Assembly: GCA_038046405.1 (NCBI GenBank)
Contig: JBBSWI010000003.1
Coordinates: forward strand, 1-58,004
From: Nanobdellota archaeon
GTDB taxonomy: Archaea; Nanobdellota; Nanobdellia; SCGC-AAA011-G17; JAGVZF01
Reading direction: 5' to 3'
Length of the DNA stretch: 58,004 nucleotides
Below are positions 9,679 through 18,160 of this stretch, in pieces. The position numbers and the translations under genes were made by a program. Below the pieces are notes generated by a model. The model did not search any database. It saw only the letters and a list, made by a program, of their open reading frames with translations, and was not told the origin of the DNA. The stretch's first letter is position 1; the number at the start of each line of letters is the position of its first letter.

Positions 9679-12123
9679 ATGGCTTTTTTAGTAGATGTGA
9701 AATTAAGAGGAAACAAACAATTATTGCAAGTAAGGTCTAAAGGGCGCTCATATCTAATAGAAGAGAATTTTGAGCATATAATTCCGACATGGAACATACA
9801 ACATGATGTGCTTCTCGAAAATCTTAGCGCAGTTGCAAGACCCGCTAAAAATAGCAGGAAGATTTTTGAAGTTCTTGATGGGAATTTAATAAGACTAAAT
9901 ACAAGAATCGAGCTATTCCCGTATGCAAGAACTGAAAAGGACCTAGACAAGTTCTCTGAAGATGATTTTGAATGGATAAAGAAACATGGAAAATTTGTGG
10001 CACATGCTATCGGAAATCCTAGTATGAAATATTGTCTGCCACATGATTTTATAGTTGGCAGCAAAAATGACCCTAGAAATAATGTGCTTAGGATGAGGCG
10101 ATGGCTTCTTAACATGCCTTTCCCTATATATCCAGAAAATGGCGCTAGATCAAGGCTTGAAGAACTGTTAAGAGAGAAGAAAGCTTCAATAGACCTAGAA
10201 GTCAGAGGCTGGAAGAAGAAAAACGACGAGATATTCCTCTGCCCTTTCATAACATTTGACGATAATTTTGGAAATTACTTGCTTGTCAGAGATGATATTG
10301 GAGAAGATAAAATTATTGTAGACAGTGATTTTGGGCAAGTCAAGTTTAACATCATAAACAATGTCAGGGATTTTGGAGAGGAGTTAAACAAATTATTTTA
10401 TGCATATGATCCTCTGTTCACTTTCATACATAATGCTAATTACGACCTGTCTAAATTAAAAAACCTTGAGAAAAATTTCAGGCCGGGATTAAGCCTTGAA
10501 GAAAGTGGCAAAATACCCATAATGACCGGCGGTTCAAGCACATACATAAAAAGATACAGCATCAATAGGGGCTATATAATAGACACTTATCCATTTTCCT
10601 TAAACTGGTTGTGGTTGCCAAACAACAAGTTGTTTACAGCTTATGATTACATGTTTGGGAAGAATCACGAAAAGGAAATTGAAAGTTATGACGAGCTTGA
10701 GGAATGGGCTGAAAAGTCCAAAACTAACCCCGAGTATACAAGAAAATGTTCTGTTTATGCGATTAAAGATGCTATACTTGGATTCAAGCTCGGAGAAAGA
10801 AGCTTAGAGGATATTTTAATTATGAGCTATTTGTTCAGGGAAAATCCAGATGTCATTGCAACAACTGCAAAAGATGAACTAGCATTAAAAGTGCATGAAA
10901 TGATACAGTTCAAGAGAACTAACACTTACGGCTATAGAACCAGTCAGGCAGAAGAAAAGCTCGATGAATTCTCCGTCAATGAAGAAAAAGTAAGACTCCT
11001 AGAATTAAATGAAAGTAAAAGAGGTTTGTTTAATGCTTCATTGGTATATTTTACGCCCTTTATTGAAGGCCTTGTTCAGATAATAAGCTCTGACCCGATT
11101 GCAATGGCCACGTATAGAAAATTCCAAAGTGCAAACAGCATCGACAAGGTTATCCTTGCAGAAGGGCTTGAAGCCTACTTGAGGAAGGCGTTATTCGACC
11201 TTAAGGTAAGACTTCCTGTAGAAGAGGGGGAGAAATTCAAAAGTAGATTGTTTGATGCGCCAGATACTAGGGAAGATTACACTTATGGAAAGATTTATGG
11301 AATAAAAAACGGCCCTTACCATTATTCAAGAAATATAACTACATTAAATAATAATGTTTTCGAAAGAATAAATGACCTACAAAGATTCTTGCAGGGGAAA
11401 GAAATAATAAATTTTTCGGATAAATTTGTTTTATTAAATGGTGATGTTGATGTTTCCGGATTAAATAGCCTTGCTATAAAATTAGGTTATGGAAATTCTT
11501 TGTCTTTGGAAAGAGGAAGGTTCTCTATAAACTTAGAAGGGCAGTTTATCAGTCAAGGCCTAGACTTAAGCTCGACAAGGGGAGATGCAACGTTTCTTCA
11601 ATACGAAATAAAAAGTGAAATTCTCACCAAGATATTAAAAAACAATTCCAAGACTGAAGTTCTTGACTACTTGGCAAGAAGGATAGCAGATTTTGAAAAT
11701 GAGCCACGAGAAAAATTTGCTTATTTGAGAGAGAGTGTATTAAGAGATTTTTTGGATTACAGCGATAGGGCGCACACAAGAGAAAAAGTACAAAACCTGA
11801 TTTATTACGGGAAAAGAGCGGGAGAAATTTTCAATGGTGGTTTCATAAAGGGAATAAAAACATTGGTAGTTGTTCCAGAGTTCTATAATAGAAGACTAGA
11901 AGTGGACTATGAAAGGTATAAATGCAGGTTTTTTGGTCCTTTGAATGAGGGAATTAGAAGTTTCTCCGAAGGAACTATAGGGAATGTGTTGTATTCTATT
12001 TTTTGTTTTGAACGTGGCGCTTTAAATTACAAAAAGGTTGCTTGTCTTTCCAGCATCGTAGAAGGAAAGAATATAGAAAAAGCAAGGGAAATCTTGCTTA
12101 CGGAACAAACAGCTTTATTTTAG
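9679..12123 (+). CDS. Divergent family-B DNA polymerase homolog: intact 3'-5' exonuclease, degenerate polymerase site, C-terminal PIP-like box
   Basis: ExoI SIDLEV, ExoII HNANYDL, ExoIII YAIKDA. Motif A region KRGLFNASLVYFTPF lacks DxxSLYPS; motif C region EIINFSDKFV lacks YxDTD. Thumb ISQGLDLSSTRGD...EILTKILK is recognisable; the protein ends EQTALF. Confidence 0.8.
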   Translation: MAFLVDVKLRGNKQLLQVRSKGRSYLIEENFEHIIPTWNIQHDVLLENLSAVARPAKNSRKIFEVLDGNLIRLNTRIELFPYARTEKDLDKFSEDDFEWIKKHGKFVAHAIGNPSMKYCLPHDFIVGSKNDPRNNVLRMRRWLLNMPFPIYPENGARSRLEELLREKKASIDLEVRGWKKKNDEIFLCPFITFDDNFGNYLLVRDDIGEDKIIVDSDFGQVKFNIINNVRDFGEELNKLFYAYDPLFTFIHNANYDLSKLKNLEKNFRPGLSLEESGKIPIMTGGSSTYIKRYSINRGYIIDTYPFSLNWLWLPNNKLFTAYDYMFGKNHEKEIESYDELEEWAEKSKTNPEYTRKCSVYAIKDAILGFKLGERSLEDILIMSYLFRENPDVIATTAKDELALKVHEMIQFKRTNTYGYRTSQAEEKLDEFSVNEEKVRLLELNESKRGLFNASLVYFTPFIEGLVQIISSDPIAMATYRKFQSANSIDKVILAEGLEAYLRKALFDLKVRLPVEEGEKFKSRLFDAPDTREDYTYGKIYGIKNGPYHYSRNITTLNNNVFERINDLQRFLQGKEIINFSDKFVLLNGDVDVSGLNSLAIKLGYGNSLSLERGRFSINLEGQFISQGLDLSSTRGDATFLQYEIKSEILTKILKNNSKTEVLDYLARRIADFENEPREKFAYLRESVLRDFLDYSDRAHTREKVQNLIYYGKRAGEIFNGGFIKGIKTLVVVPEFYNRRLEVDYERYKCRFFGPLNEGIRSFSEGTIGNVLYSIFCFERGALNYKKVACLSSIVEGKNIEKAREILLTEQTALF

Positions 12124-12157
12124 AAACATTTAAAAAATCCTTTTTTATTCTGCTAAT

Positions 12158-12319
12158 ATGGCAGAAGACAAAATACAGATGCCCTCTGGTATGGGCGGAT
12201 TAGTAAGATATTTCGATGACTACCAAAGTAAGCTAGAGTTCAGGCCTATAATCTTGGTCTTTGTTATTTTAGCAGTAATAATATTTGAATTATTGCTTCA
12301 TTACAAAGTTTTTGGCTGA
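12158..12319 (+). CDS. secG: Preprotein translocase subunit Sec61beta (archaeal SecG)
   Basis: Read manually: MAEDKIQMPSGMGGLVRYFDDYQSKLEFRPIILVFVILAVIIFELLLHYKVFG; GLVRYF motif plus C-terminal TM helix. Confidence 0.92.
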   Translation: MAEDKIQMPSGMGGLVRYFDDYQSKLEFRPIILVFVILAVIIFELLLHYKVFG

Positions 12320-12340
12320 TATTTTAGAGCAACAAACAAA

Positions 12341-13732
12341 ATGATCGTGATGAAGTTCGGGGGAAGCTGTATCAGCTCTAGGGAGAATTTAGAGAACTTA
12401 GTAGCCAAAGTAAAAGCCAATTTTGAAAGAAACCCTATTCTTGTTGTTTCTGCTGTTGAAGGTGTGACCTCAAGACTAAAAGATATAGCTTATAACTTAT
12501 TTGCAAAATATAATGACTTGTCCAAGGATTTTTCGTATGTTGACTTTGAAAAAAAACAAGCTAAAGCACTTCCCTATTATCATGAAATATTGGGTGTTTA
12601 TAATGGCCTAGCCTCTGATTCTGGAGTCAGATTTGAAGACACGGAATTGGATGTTGATTTTCTTGGTTCATTAACTGCGGATGGTACGGACCAGGAGAGA
12701 TTCACTGATGGAATATTGAGCATGGGCGAAAGATATTCTTCAAGATTGGTTGCGAAGTTATTAAATGATAATGGCATATTTTCCCGGCCATATGATTCTT
12801 ACAAATTAGGACTGATAACCAACAACAAACATGGCAGAGCTAGTTTAGAACTGGAATCATTTGGCCTTATTCCAAGAGAGCTTGAAAATACCCATGGGCT
12901 TCCAGTAATAACCGGATTTATTGGCATGGATAAAAAAGGCAATGTAACTACAATGGGAAGGGATTCTTCTGATTACAGCGCGGTTATATTTGGAGTTGCC
13001 TCCAAGTCAAAAGAAGTCCAAATGTACAAAACCGTAGAAGGCGTACTATCAAGCAACTCTATTATGGTTGAAGGACCGAGGACAATTCCCAAAATGAGTT
13101 ATGATGAAGCAATTGAATTGGCTGCTTATGGTGGGAATGTTTTAAGCTTGAAAGCTATTAAATTGGCTTCTCAACATAATCTGAAAATAAGAGTGATGAA
13201 TCTAAAATCAAATCACCCCGGAACATTAATTGCAAAACTTGAAGAACCGGATATAGGCTCTGTAAAGGCAATAATTAGCAAGAGGCATAACAATACAATT
13301 ATGATAAATTCCATTTCTATGATTGACCAAACTGGTTATGCTTCAAGGATTTTTAGAGGCATTGCGAGAAAGGAAGGTGTGATAGATGTTGTATGCAGCT
13401 CTGGATCTTCTATTTCTGCTACTATAAACCCATTTGTAAAAGACCACAAAAAAATGGACCAGCCGATAGATATGGTAGCCTTAAAAGAGTATATCAGAAG
13501 GTATGGTGAAACTGAAATTTGCGAGGATAAAGCAATAATCGCTGTTATTGGAGAAAAGATTATGCATCAGCCACAATTACTTGCCAGGGTATTTACAACA
13601 ATACCCAATAAAATAGGTATAGAAATGGCAAGCTTAGGGAACAATTCTAGCAATTTAACTTTTGTAGTTGACCAAAAATATGAGGATATTGTCGTTTCTT
13701 TATTGCATAAAGAATTTTTTGACAAAACATAA
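12341..13732 (+). CDS. lysC: Aspartate kinase (amino-acid kinase domain + ACT domains)
   Basis: VMKFGGS, LVVSA, SMGERYS, PVITGFIG...TTMGRDSSDYSA, MSYDEAIELA, C-terminal ACT repeats ending LHKEFF. Confidence 0.85.
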   Translation: MIVMKFGGSCISSRENLENLVAKVKANFERNPILVVSAVEGVTSRLKDIAYNLFAKYNDLSKDFSYVDFEKKQAKALPYYHEILGVYNGLASDSGVRFEDTELDVDFLGSLTADGTDQERFTDGILSMGERYSSRLVAKLLNDNGIFSRPYDSYKLGLITNNKHGRASLELESFGLIPRELENTHGLPVITGFIGMDKKGNVTTMGRDSSDYSAVIFGVASKSKEVQMYKTVEGVLSSNSIMVEGPRTIPKMSYDEAIELAAYGGNVLSLKAIKLASQHNLKIRVMNLKSNHPGTLIAKLEEPDIGSVKAIISKRHNNTIMINSISMIDQTGYASRIFRGIARKEGVIDVVCSSGSSISATINPFVKDHKKMDQPIDMVALKEYIRRYGETEICEDKAIIAVIGEKIMHQPQLLARVFTTIPNKIGIEMASLGNNSSNLTFVVDQKYEDIVVSLLHKEFFDKT

Positions 13733-13771
13733 TTAGTAAGGTTTTTATAATGGCTAAGACTCTGCATTTTT

Positions 13772-14101
13772 ATGATGCCGAAACTAAACCCCAGAGACAT
13801 GCAGAAAGCCATGCAAAGGCTTGGAATAAAGCAGCAGGAGATAGATGCAGAAGAAGTGATAATAAAGACTAGCAACAAGGAAATAATAATCAAGAATCCT
13901 GAAGTTCTTAAGGTAAATATGATGGGAAGGGACAGCTTTCAGATTTCTGGCAGCATTATAGAAAAAGAAATCTCCAAGATAAGCGAAGATGACATTAATA
14001 CTGTAATGGAACAGGCACAAGTTTCTAGGAATGAAGCATTGAAAGCATTGGAAGAAAGCAGGGGCGATTTGGCAGAGGCAATTCTTAGCTTAAAAAAATA
14101 A
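13772..14101 (+). CDS. nac: Nascent polypeptide-associated complex protein
   Basis: NPRDMQKAMQRLGI...FQISG...DINTVMEQA...GDLAEAILSL (NAC + UBA). Confidence 0.95.
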   Translation: MMPKLNPRDMQKAMQRLGIKQQEIDAEEVIIKTSNKEIIIKNPEVLKVNMMGRDSFQISGSIIEKEISKISEDDINTVMEQAQVSRNEALKALEESRGDLAEAILSLKK

Positions 14102-14182
14102 AAACAAAAAAGTATATAAATCAGCATACAATAATAATTCTCCCTTTTAGCAAGCTATAAAAAGTAGCTCGGCTATATACTA

Positions 14183-14677
14183 TTGATGGAAAATGTTATA
14201 GCCCTGCTCAAAGAGGCAAATACAAAATTAAACACGGCGGACCATTTAGCATATGTAACATATTCAGTAGTAAAGGAATCAAAATTGCTTCTAGCCACTG
14301 TTGAAAATCTATACTCTGCACTAACTCTGGTGATGGAAGCCTTGCTTCAATATGATAGATACTATAAAAGGATAAGCTACGTGCCAATTGACTTCCAAGG
14401 AAAATATGATATGTTCAAGAGAATATCAATGAAATATAATCTAGACCGAATGGCAATCGCTTCAATACTTGACATTAAAGGCTTGATTGATTTACATAAG
14501 AAAAGCTCCATGGTCTTTACCAGAGATCAAAAATTAGTTATCGCAGGCCATGGCTTCAGCGTGATGAAGACGTTGAACATAGATTCGGTGAAGCGCTATA
14601 TAGAACAAGCGAAGCCATTAATCATAAAAATAAACAAGATATTACAACCAAATGCAAATGATAGAAGATTTGCCTGA
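14183..14677 (+). CDS. Hypothetical helical protein (HEPN-like), paralog of the next gene
   Basis: 164 aa; ADHLAYVTY motif shared with 14652..15104. Confidence 0.7.
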   Translation: MMENVIALLKEANTKLNTADHLAYVTYSVVKESKLLLATVENLYSALTLVMEALLQYDRYYKRISYVPIDFQGKYDMFKRISMKYNLDRMAIASILDIKGLIDLHKKSSMVFTRDQKLVIAGHGFSVMKTLNIDSVKRYIEQAKPLIIKINKILQPNANDRRFA

Positions 14678-15104
14678 AATGGCTAGAGATGAGATTAAAA
14701 GAGCAGACCATCTAGTTTACGTAACCTTAAAATACACAAGGACGGTAGACGTGATAAAAAATATCATCAAGAGGCTATTGAATGCCTACGATTACATAAT
14801 CCTGGAAGCTCTTGAATATGCAAAGGAAACCAAGAAAATAAAGGAAATACCTGCTTCATCGCAAGACAGAGTAAGGCTGGTCAAGAAACTCTATAAGGAG
14901 AATATCATTAACCACATTAAGCTGTATGAGCTGCTTAAGGAGATTGACAAGGCAGATTATTCTGGAAGAGAAGAATACAGGAAGAACGTTGCACTGCTCG
15001 TAAAGGTAAACGGAAAGGCAATGCAAGTAGACATTCCTACATTAATGGACTATTTTGCCAGAACAAAAGAGTTTATTGAGCAAATTAATTCCTGGGTTGA
15101 ATAA
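14652..15104 (+). CDS. Hypothetical helical protein (HEPN-like), paralog of the previous gene
   Basis: 150 aa; ADHLVYVTL motif; overlaps the upstream gene. Confidence 0.7.
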   Translation: MQMIEDLPEMARDEIKRADHLVYVTLKYTRTVDVIKNIIKRLLNAYDYIILEALEYAKETKKIKEIPASSQDRVRLVKKLYKENIINHIKLYELLKEIDKADYSGREEYRKNVALLVKVNGKAMQVDIPTLMDYFARTKEFIEQINSWVE

Positions 15105-15107
15105 AAA

Positions 15108-15578
15108 ATGCCAGTTAGAAAAGCGAATGTGGAAGATTTAGCAAAAGTAGCCAACTTGATGAAGAAGCACTTTAAAGTGCATAATATATTCCAGCAGACA
15201 AGTCAAGAAGTATTAAAGTATTTGCACGAGCAGATGCAAGAAAATGAACTTCTTGTTTATGAAGATAAAAAGTCTATAACTGGAGCTTTGTTTTTAGTGA
15301 ATTTTCAGACAAGCCTTAATAAATATCACAGAGTGTGGAAATTCAGGCATTTTGCTTTCGAAACTGAAACTATTGCGTTAGAATTGTTATCCGAAGTAGA
15401 AAATATTGTGAGAAATTCTTCAAAGACATCAAAAATTGAATTGACTATAGCTGAAACTGAGCTAGGGATTGATTTTTATAAAAGATATAAGTATGAACAA
15501 GAAGCAGAATTAAAAAATCATTACAGATGGGGCGAAACTTGTTATGTTCTAGCGAAGTCTTTTAAAAGACAGGAATAG
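15108..15578 (+). CDS. GNAT-family acetyltransferase-like protein
   Basis: VRKANVEDL start; GIDFYKRYKYEQEAELKNHYRWGE resembles the RimI-like motif B tail. Confidence 0.7.
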   Translation: MPVRKANVEDLAKVANLMKKHFKVHNIFQQTSQEVLKYLHEQMQENELLVYEDKKSITGALFLVNFQTSLNKYHRVWKFRHFAFETETIALELLSEVENIVRNSSKTSKIELTIAETELGIDFYKRYKYEQEAELKNHYRWGETCYVLAKSFKRQE

Positions 15579-15620
15579 AAAACTTTATATATAATAAAGT
15601 TATACTTAAAGTTATATAAA

Positions 15621-15830
15621 ATGGAAGCTTTAACTAAAACTAGGAAGATTGGAGGATCTTTAGTAGTTACTATACCTAAGGAAATTGTTGAACAAGAGGG
15701 GCTTGTGGAAAACCAAGCAGTCAGGATAGATGTTAAGAAGATGAAAAAAAGTGGCTTCGGGATGTTTAAAAGCTTAGGCACTTTTACAAAAAAAGATAAA
15801 TTTGTAGGGCAGTTAGAGAATAATGAATAA
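15621..15830 (+). CDS. vapB: AbrB/MazE-type antitoxin (VapB)
   Basis: TRKIGGSLVVTIPKEIV swapped hairpin; overlaps the PIN gene by 8 nt. Confidence 0.88.
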   Translation: MEALTKTRKIGGSLVVTIPKEIVEQEGLVENQAVRIDVKKMKKSGFGMFKSLGTFTKKDKFVGQLENNE

Positions 15831-16212
15831 ATTTGTTATAGATGCTTACGCTTGGATTGAATATTTTAAGGGTACTGTTCCTGGCGAAAAGGTTAAAAAT
15901 ATTGTAGAAGATTCTAACAACTTAATTTATACTAATGTGATCACAATTGCGGAATTATCAAGCTTCTTTGAAAGAAAAGACTCTAGTTTTAAAGAGGCGA
16001 AGAAATTACTTATTTCATTATCTTCTCCCATTCCAATAAATACGGAGTTTGCAGACGAAGCAGGAAAATTACATGCAGAATTAAAGAAAAAAATCAGGCA
16101 TATCGGACTAGCAGACATATTAGTCCTATTAACTGCCAAAAAACTAAATGCTAAAGTCGTTACTGGTGATGAAGACTTCAGGGATTTAAAAGAAACCTAT
16201 ATGATTAAATAG
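15823..16212 (+). CDS. vapC: PIN-domain toxin (VapC)
   Basis: VIDAYAWIEY, ITIAEL, GLADILV, VVTGDEDF acidic tetrad. Confidence 0.92.
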   Translation: MNKFVIDAYAWIEYFKGTVPGEKVKNIVEDSNNLIYTNVITIAELSSFFERKDSSFKEAKKLLISLSSPIPINTEFADEAGKLHAELKKKIRHIGLADILVLLTAKKLNAKVVTGDEDFRDLKETYMIK

Positions 16213-16321
16213 AACTGATAGTATGTCCTAAGTGCAAAATCCCTTACTGGAATAAACCAAAAAAGAAAACTTAATTTTTTTTAAAGACTAGCACCCGCTA
16301 ATGTTACAATACAAGAGCGCA

Positions 16322-16351
16322 GAAAGTTTTATAAACTTCGGGTACCTAATA
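16322..16351 (+). repeat. 30-bp promoter/operator repeat, copy 1
   Basis: GAAAGTTTTATAAACTTCGGGTACCTAATA, 27/30 identical to 17717-17746; BRE/TATA followed by TTCGGGTRCC; ATG at 16358. Confidence 0.7.
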
Positions 16352-16357
16352 TACTTA

Positions 16358-16516
16358 ATGAAAATTATGAAAGTTTTTGATAAAAAGGTTAGTGATACTA
16401 CTTATTACAAGTATAGGATTAATTTACCAAAAAAAGTTGTGGAAAAATCTAACTTTCTTAATAAAGAATTAAAAGCCGAATTGTATAATAATAAAATCAT
16501 TATTTATACAGAATAA
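16358..16516 (+). CDS. Small AbrB-like DNA-binding protein
   Basis: 52 aa MKIMKVFDKKVSDTTYYKYRINLPKKVVEKSNF... The ATG at 16358 sits directly after a BRE/TATA promoter, so it is preferred over the track start at 16301. Confidence 0.6.
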   Translation: MKIMKVFDKKVSDTTYYKYRINLPKKVVEKSNFLNKELKAELYNNKIIIYTE

Positions 16517-16536
16517 ATTCTTTGCTTATCAGAATT

Positions 16537-17604
16537 TTAATATTTCTTTATGATTTTTTCCAAATGCCTCAAAAACTCTCCAGTATCTACAAAATAATTT
16601 GGATATGCTTTTTCCAGATCATTGATAGTATCTACCCCCACAAGAACAACATCATATTGTTTTTTTCCATTGTTTCTTTTCTCAGCATTAGAATAATCTT
16701 CAATTGCTTTTTTTTCTTGATTTTTTGTATAGGCAGTGATATTCAATTTTTCTCCTAGAATATCTAATTCCAATAAAAAAAATTGCACTTTTTGAGTAGG
16801 TTTAAATTCTTTTTTGAAAACATTAAATGCGGTAGCCCAACCTTTCATGATTTTTATAACATTTAGCTCTTTTTCTTTTATCTTAATTTGCTGATATAAT
16901 TCTTTTTCATCTTCGGGAGTGTTTGGAACACAAGGACAATCTTCCAATTTGGCAAAGGCGGAACTAACTAACTTAAAGAAGTCCATCCACTCTTTTTGTC
17001 CTTCACTAGATTTTATAGCTTGTCTAGTAAAAAAATCCACTGTTTCAATGGCAGTAGCCCAAAGATGTTGTAATTTTGACCTTATTTGAACTTCTATGAG
17101 TAATCCATTATATTCTTTTTTTTCTTTGTCACTATTATATTTATAAATTAAATGAATACCTCTATATCCATCATCTTTCGGATGAGTAATATAATCTTTT
17201 TCTCCAAGCTTTTTATGTTTTAAATCCCCCCTTATATAATAGTCCCTATATAATTTTCTCGCCAAAGAAACATTGGATAAAACCGCTCTACAACCCCCAA
17301 TATCTTGCATCTGCGAGAGCCTCATAGTAGGAGTTCGGCCATAATATTTCCTTTTAAGTTTTTTAACAATTGCAGGAACACGTTTAAGTCTTTGTGCAGT
17401 TAAAGAATCTTTATCTATAAGTTTAGATTTATTTTTTAATCTTATTTTAAAAATATGCATTGGGTAGCTATGAATCGCTCTCCAATTGTCTAATATATCA
17501 AGAGCTTTATCAAAATCATTTTCAGAGCTTTCATTATTAATTAAAATATCTCCAGATTTGTTAATTATACCTTTAGAAAACCCCTTTGGTTTTATCCATG
17601 TCAT
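16537..17604 (-). CDS. RelA/SpoT-domain protein (small alarmone synthetase-like nucleotidyltransferase)
   Basis: AQRLKR, MQDIGGCR, KDYITHPKDDGYRGIHLI, IEVQIRSKLQHLWATAIE. Confidence 0.9.
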   Translation of the reverse strand: MTWIKPKGFSKGIINKSGDILINNESSENDFDKALDILDNWRAIHSYPMHIFKIRLKNKSKLIDKDSLTAQRLKRVPAIVKKLKRKYYGRTPTMRLSQMQDIGGCRAVLSNVSLARKLYRDYYIRGDLKHKKLGEKDYITHPKDDGYRGIHLIYKYNSDKEKKEYNGLLIEVQIRSKLQHLWATAIETVDFFTRQAIKSSEGQKEWMDFFKLVSSAFAKLEDCPCVPNTPEDEKELYQQIKIKEKELNVIKIMKGWATAFNVFKKEFKPTQKVQFFLLELDILGEKLNITAYTKNQEKKAIEDYSNAEKRNNGKKQYDVVLVGVDTINDLEKAYPNYFVDTGEFLRHLEKIIKKY

Positions 17605-17636
17605 AATATTGAAAATGATTACCCTTATTTAAAGCC

Positions 17637-17704
17637 TCGTTTTGCGCGGTTATCAATAGGAGAGAATAATACAGATATTAAATAAAACATTCGTTTTGCG
17701 CGGT
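17637..17704 (+). repeat. Exact 14-bp direct repeat TCGTTTTGCGCGGT (17637-17650 and 17691-17704)
   Basis: Two identical GC-rich copies in the AT-rich region upstream of the RelA/SpoT gene. Confidence 0.7.
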
Positions 17705-17716
17705 ATTTCGGGCACC

Positions 17717-17746
17717 GAAAGATTTATATACTTCGGGTGCCTAATA
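17717..17746 (+). repeat. 30-bp promoter/operator repeat, copy 2
   Basis: GAAAGATTTATATACTTCGGGTGCCTAATA; the TATA is flanked by the imperfect inverted repeat GGCACCGAA...TTCGGGTGCC. Confidence 0.7.
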
Positions 17747-18160
17747 GTTCTATGGGAAAATAAGGACGAAAAGTGCCAGATCAGAGGTAAGATTGTTTTA
17801 CTTTGCTGTTTCTATGTTGCTTTTGTTGATATTGAATTTGTATCATAAAACAAAAATAACATTTAGGAATTTCATAAAATATGTTCATGAATCTATTGCT
17901 AAAGCAATAGATGTTGTTGCAGTTTAGATTTAGGAATAGCGAGAGCTATGTTAATAAGGGGGAAATTCATTGGAAATCAATCATAGACTGCGTTAAAGAG
18001 ATTGTAAGAACTTAGTTCTTACCAGACTAAGCACATTGCTTAGTCGTAAAATAAAAGTTATTCGGAGATACTGCGCAAACCGTAATGTTTATAAACAACT
18101 TATAGGGTTAAATTTATCAATTAAATATTAATATTTCTAAAAGACGTGGGGGACAATAAA

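Noticed and set aside
7532-12123. Casposon or CRISPR adaptation module (PolB + Cas4-like)
   Set aside because: No cas1, terminal inverted repeats or CRISPR array seen, and the PolB lacks polymerase catalytic motifs.
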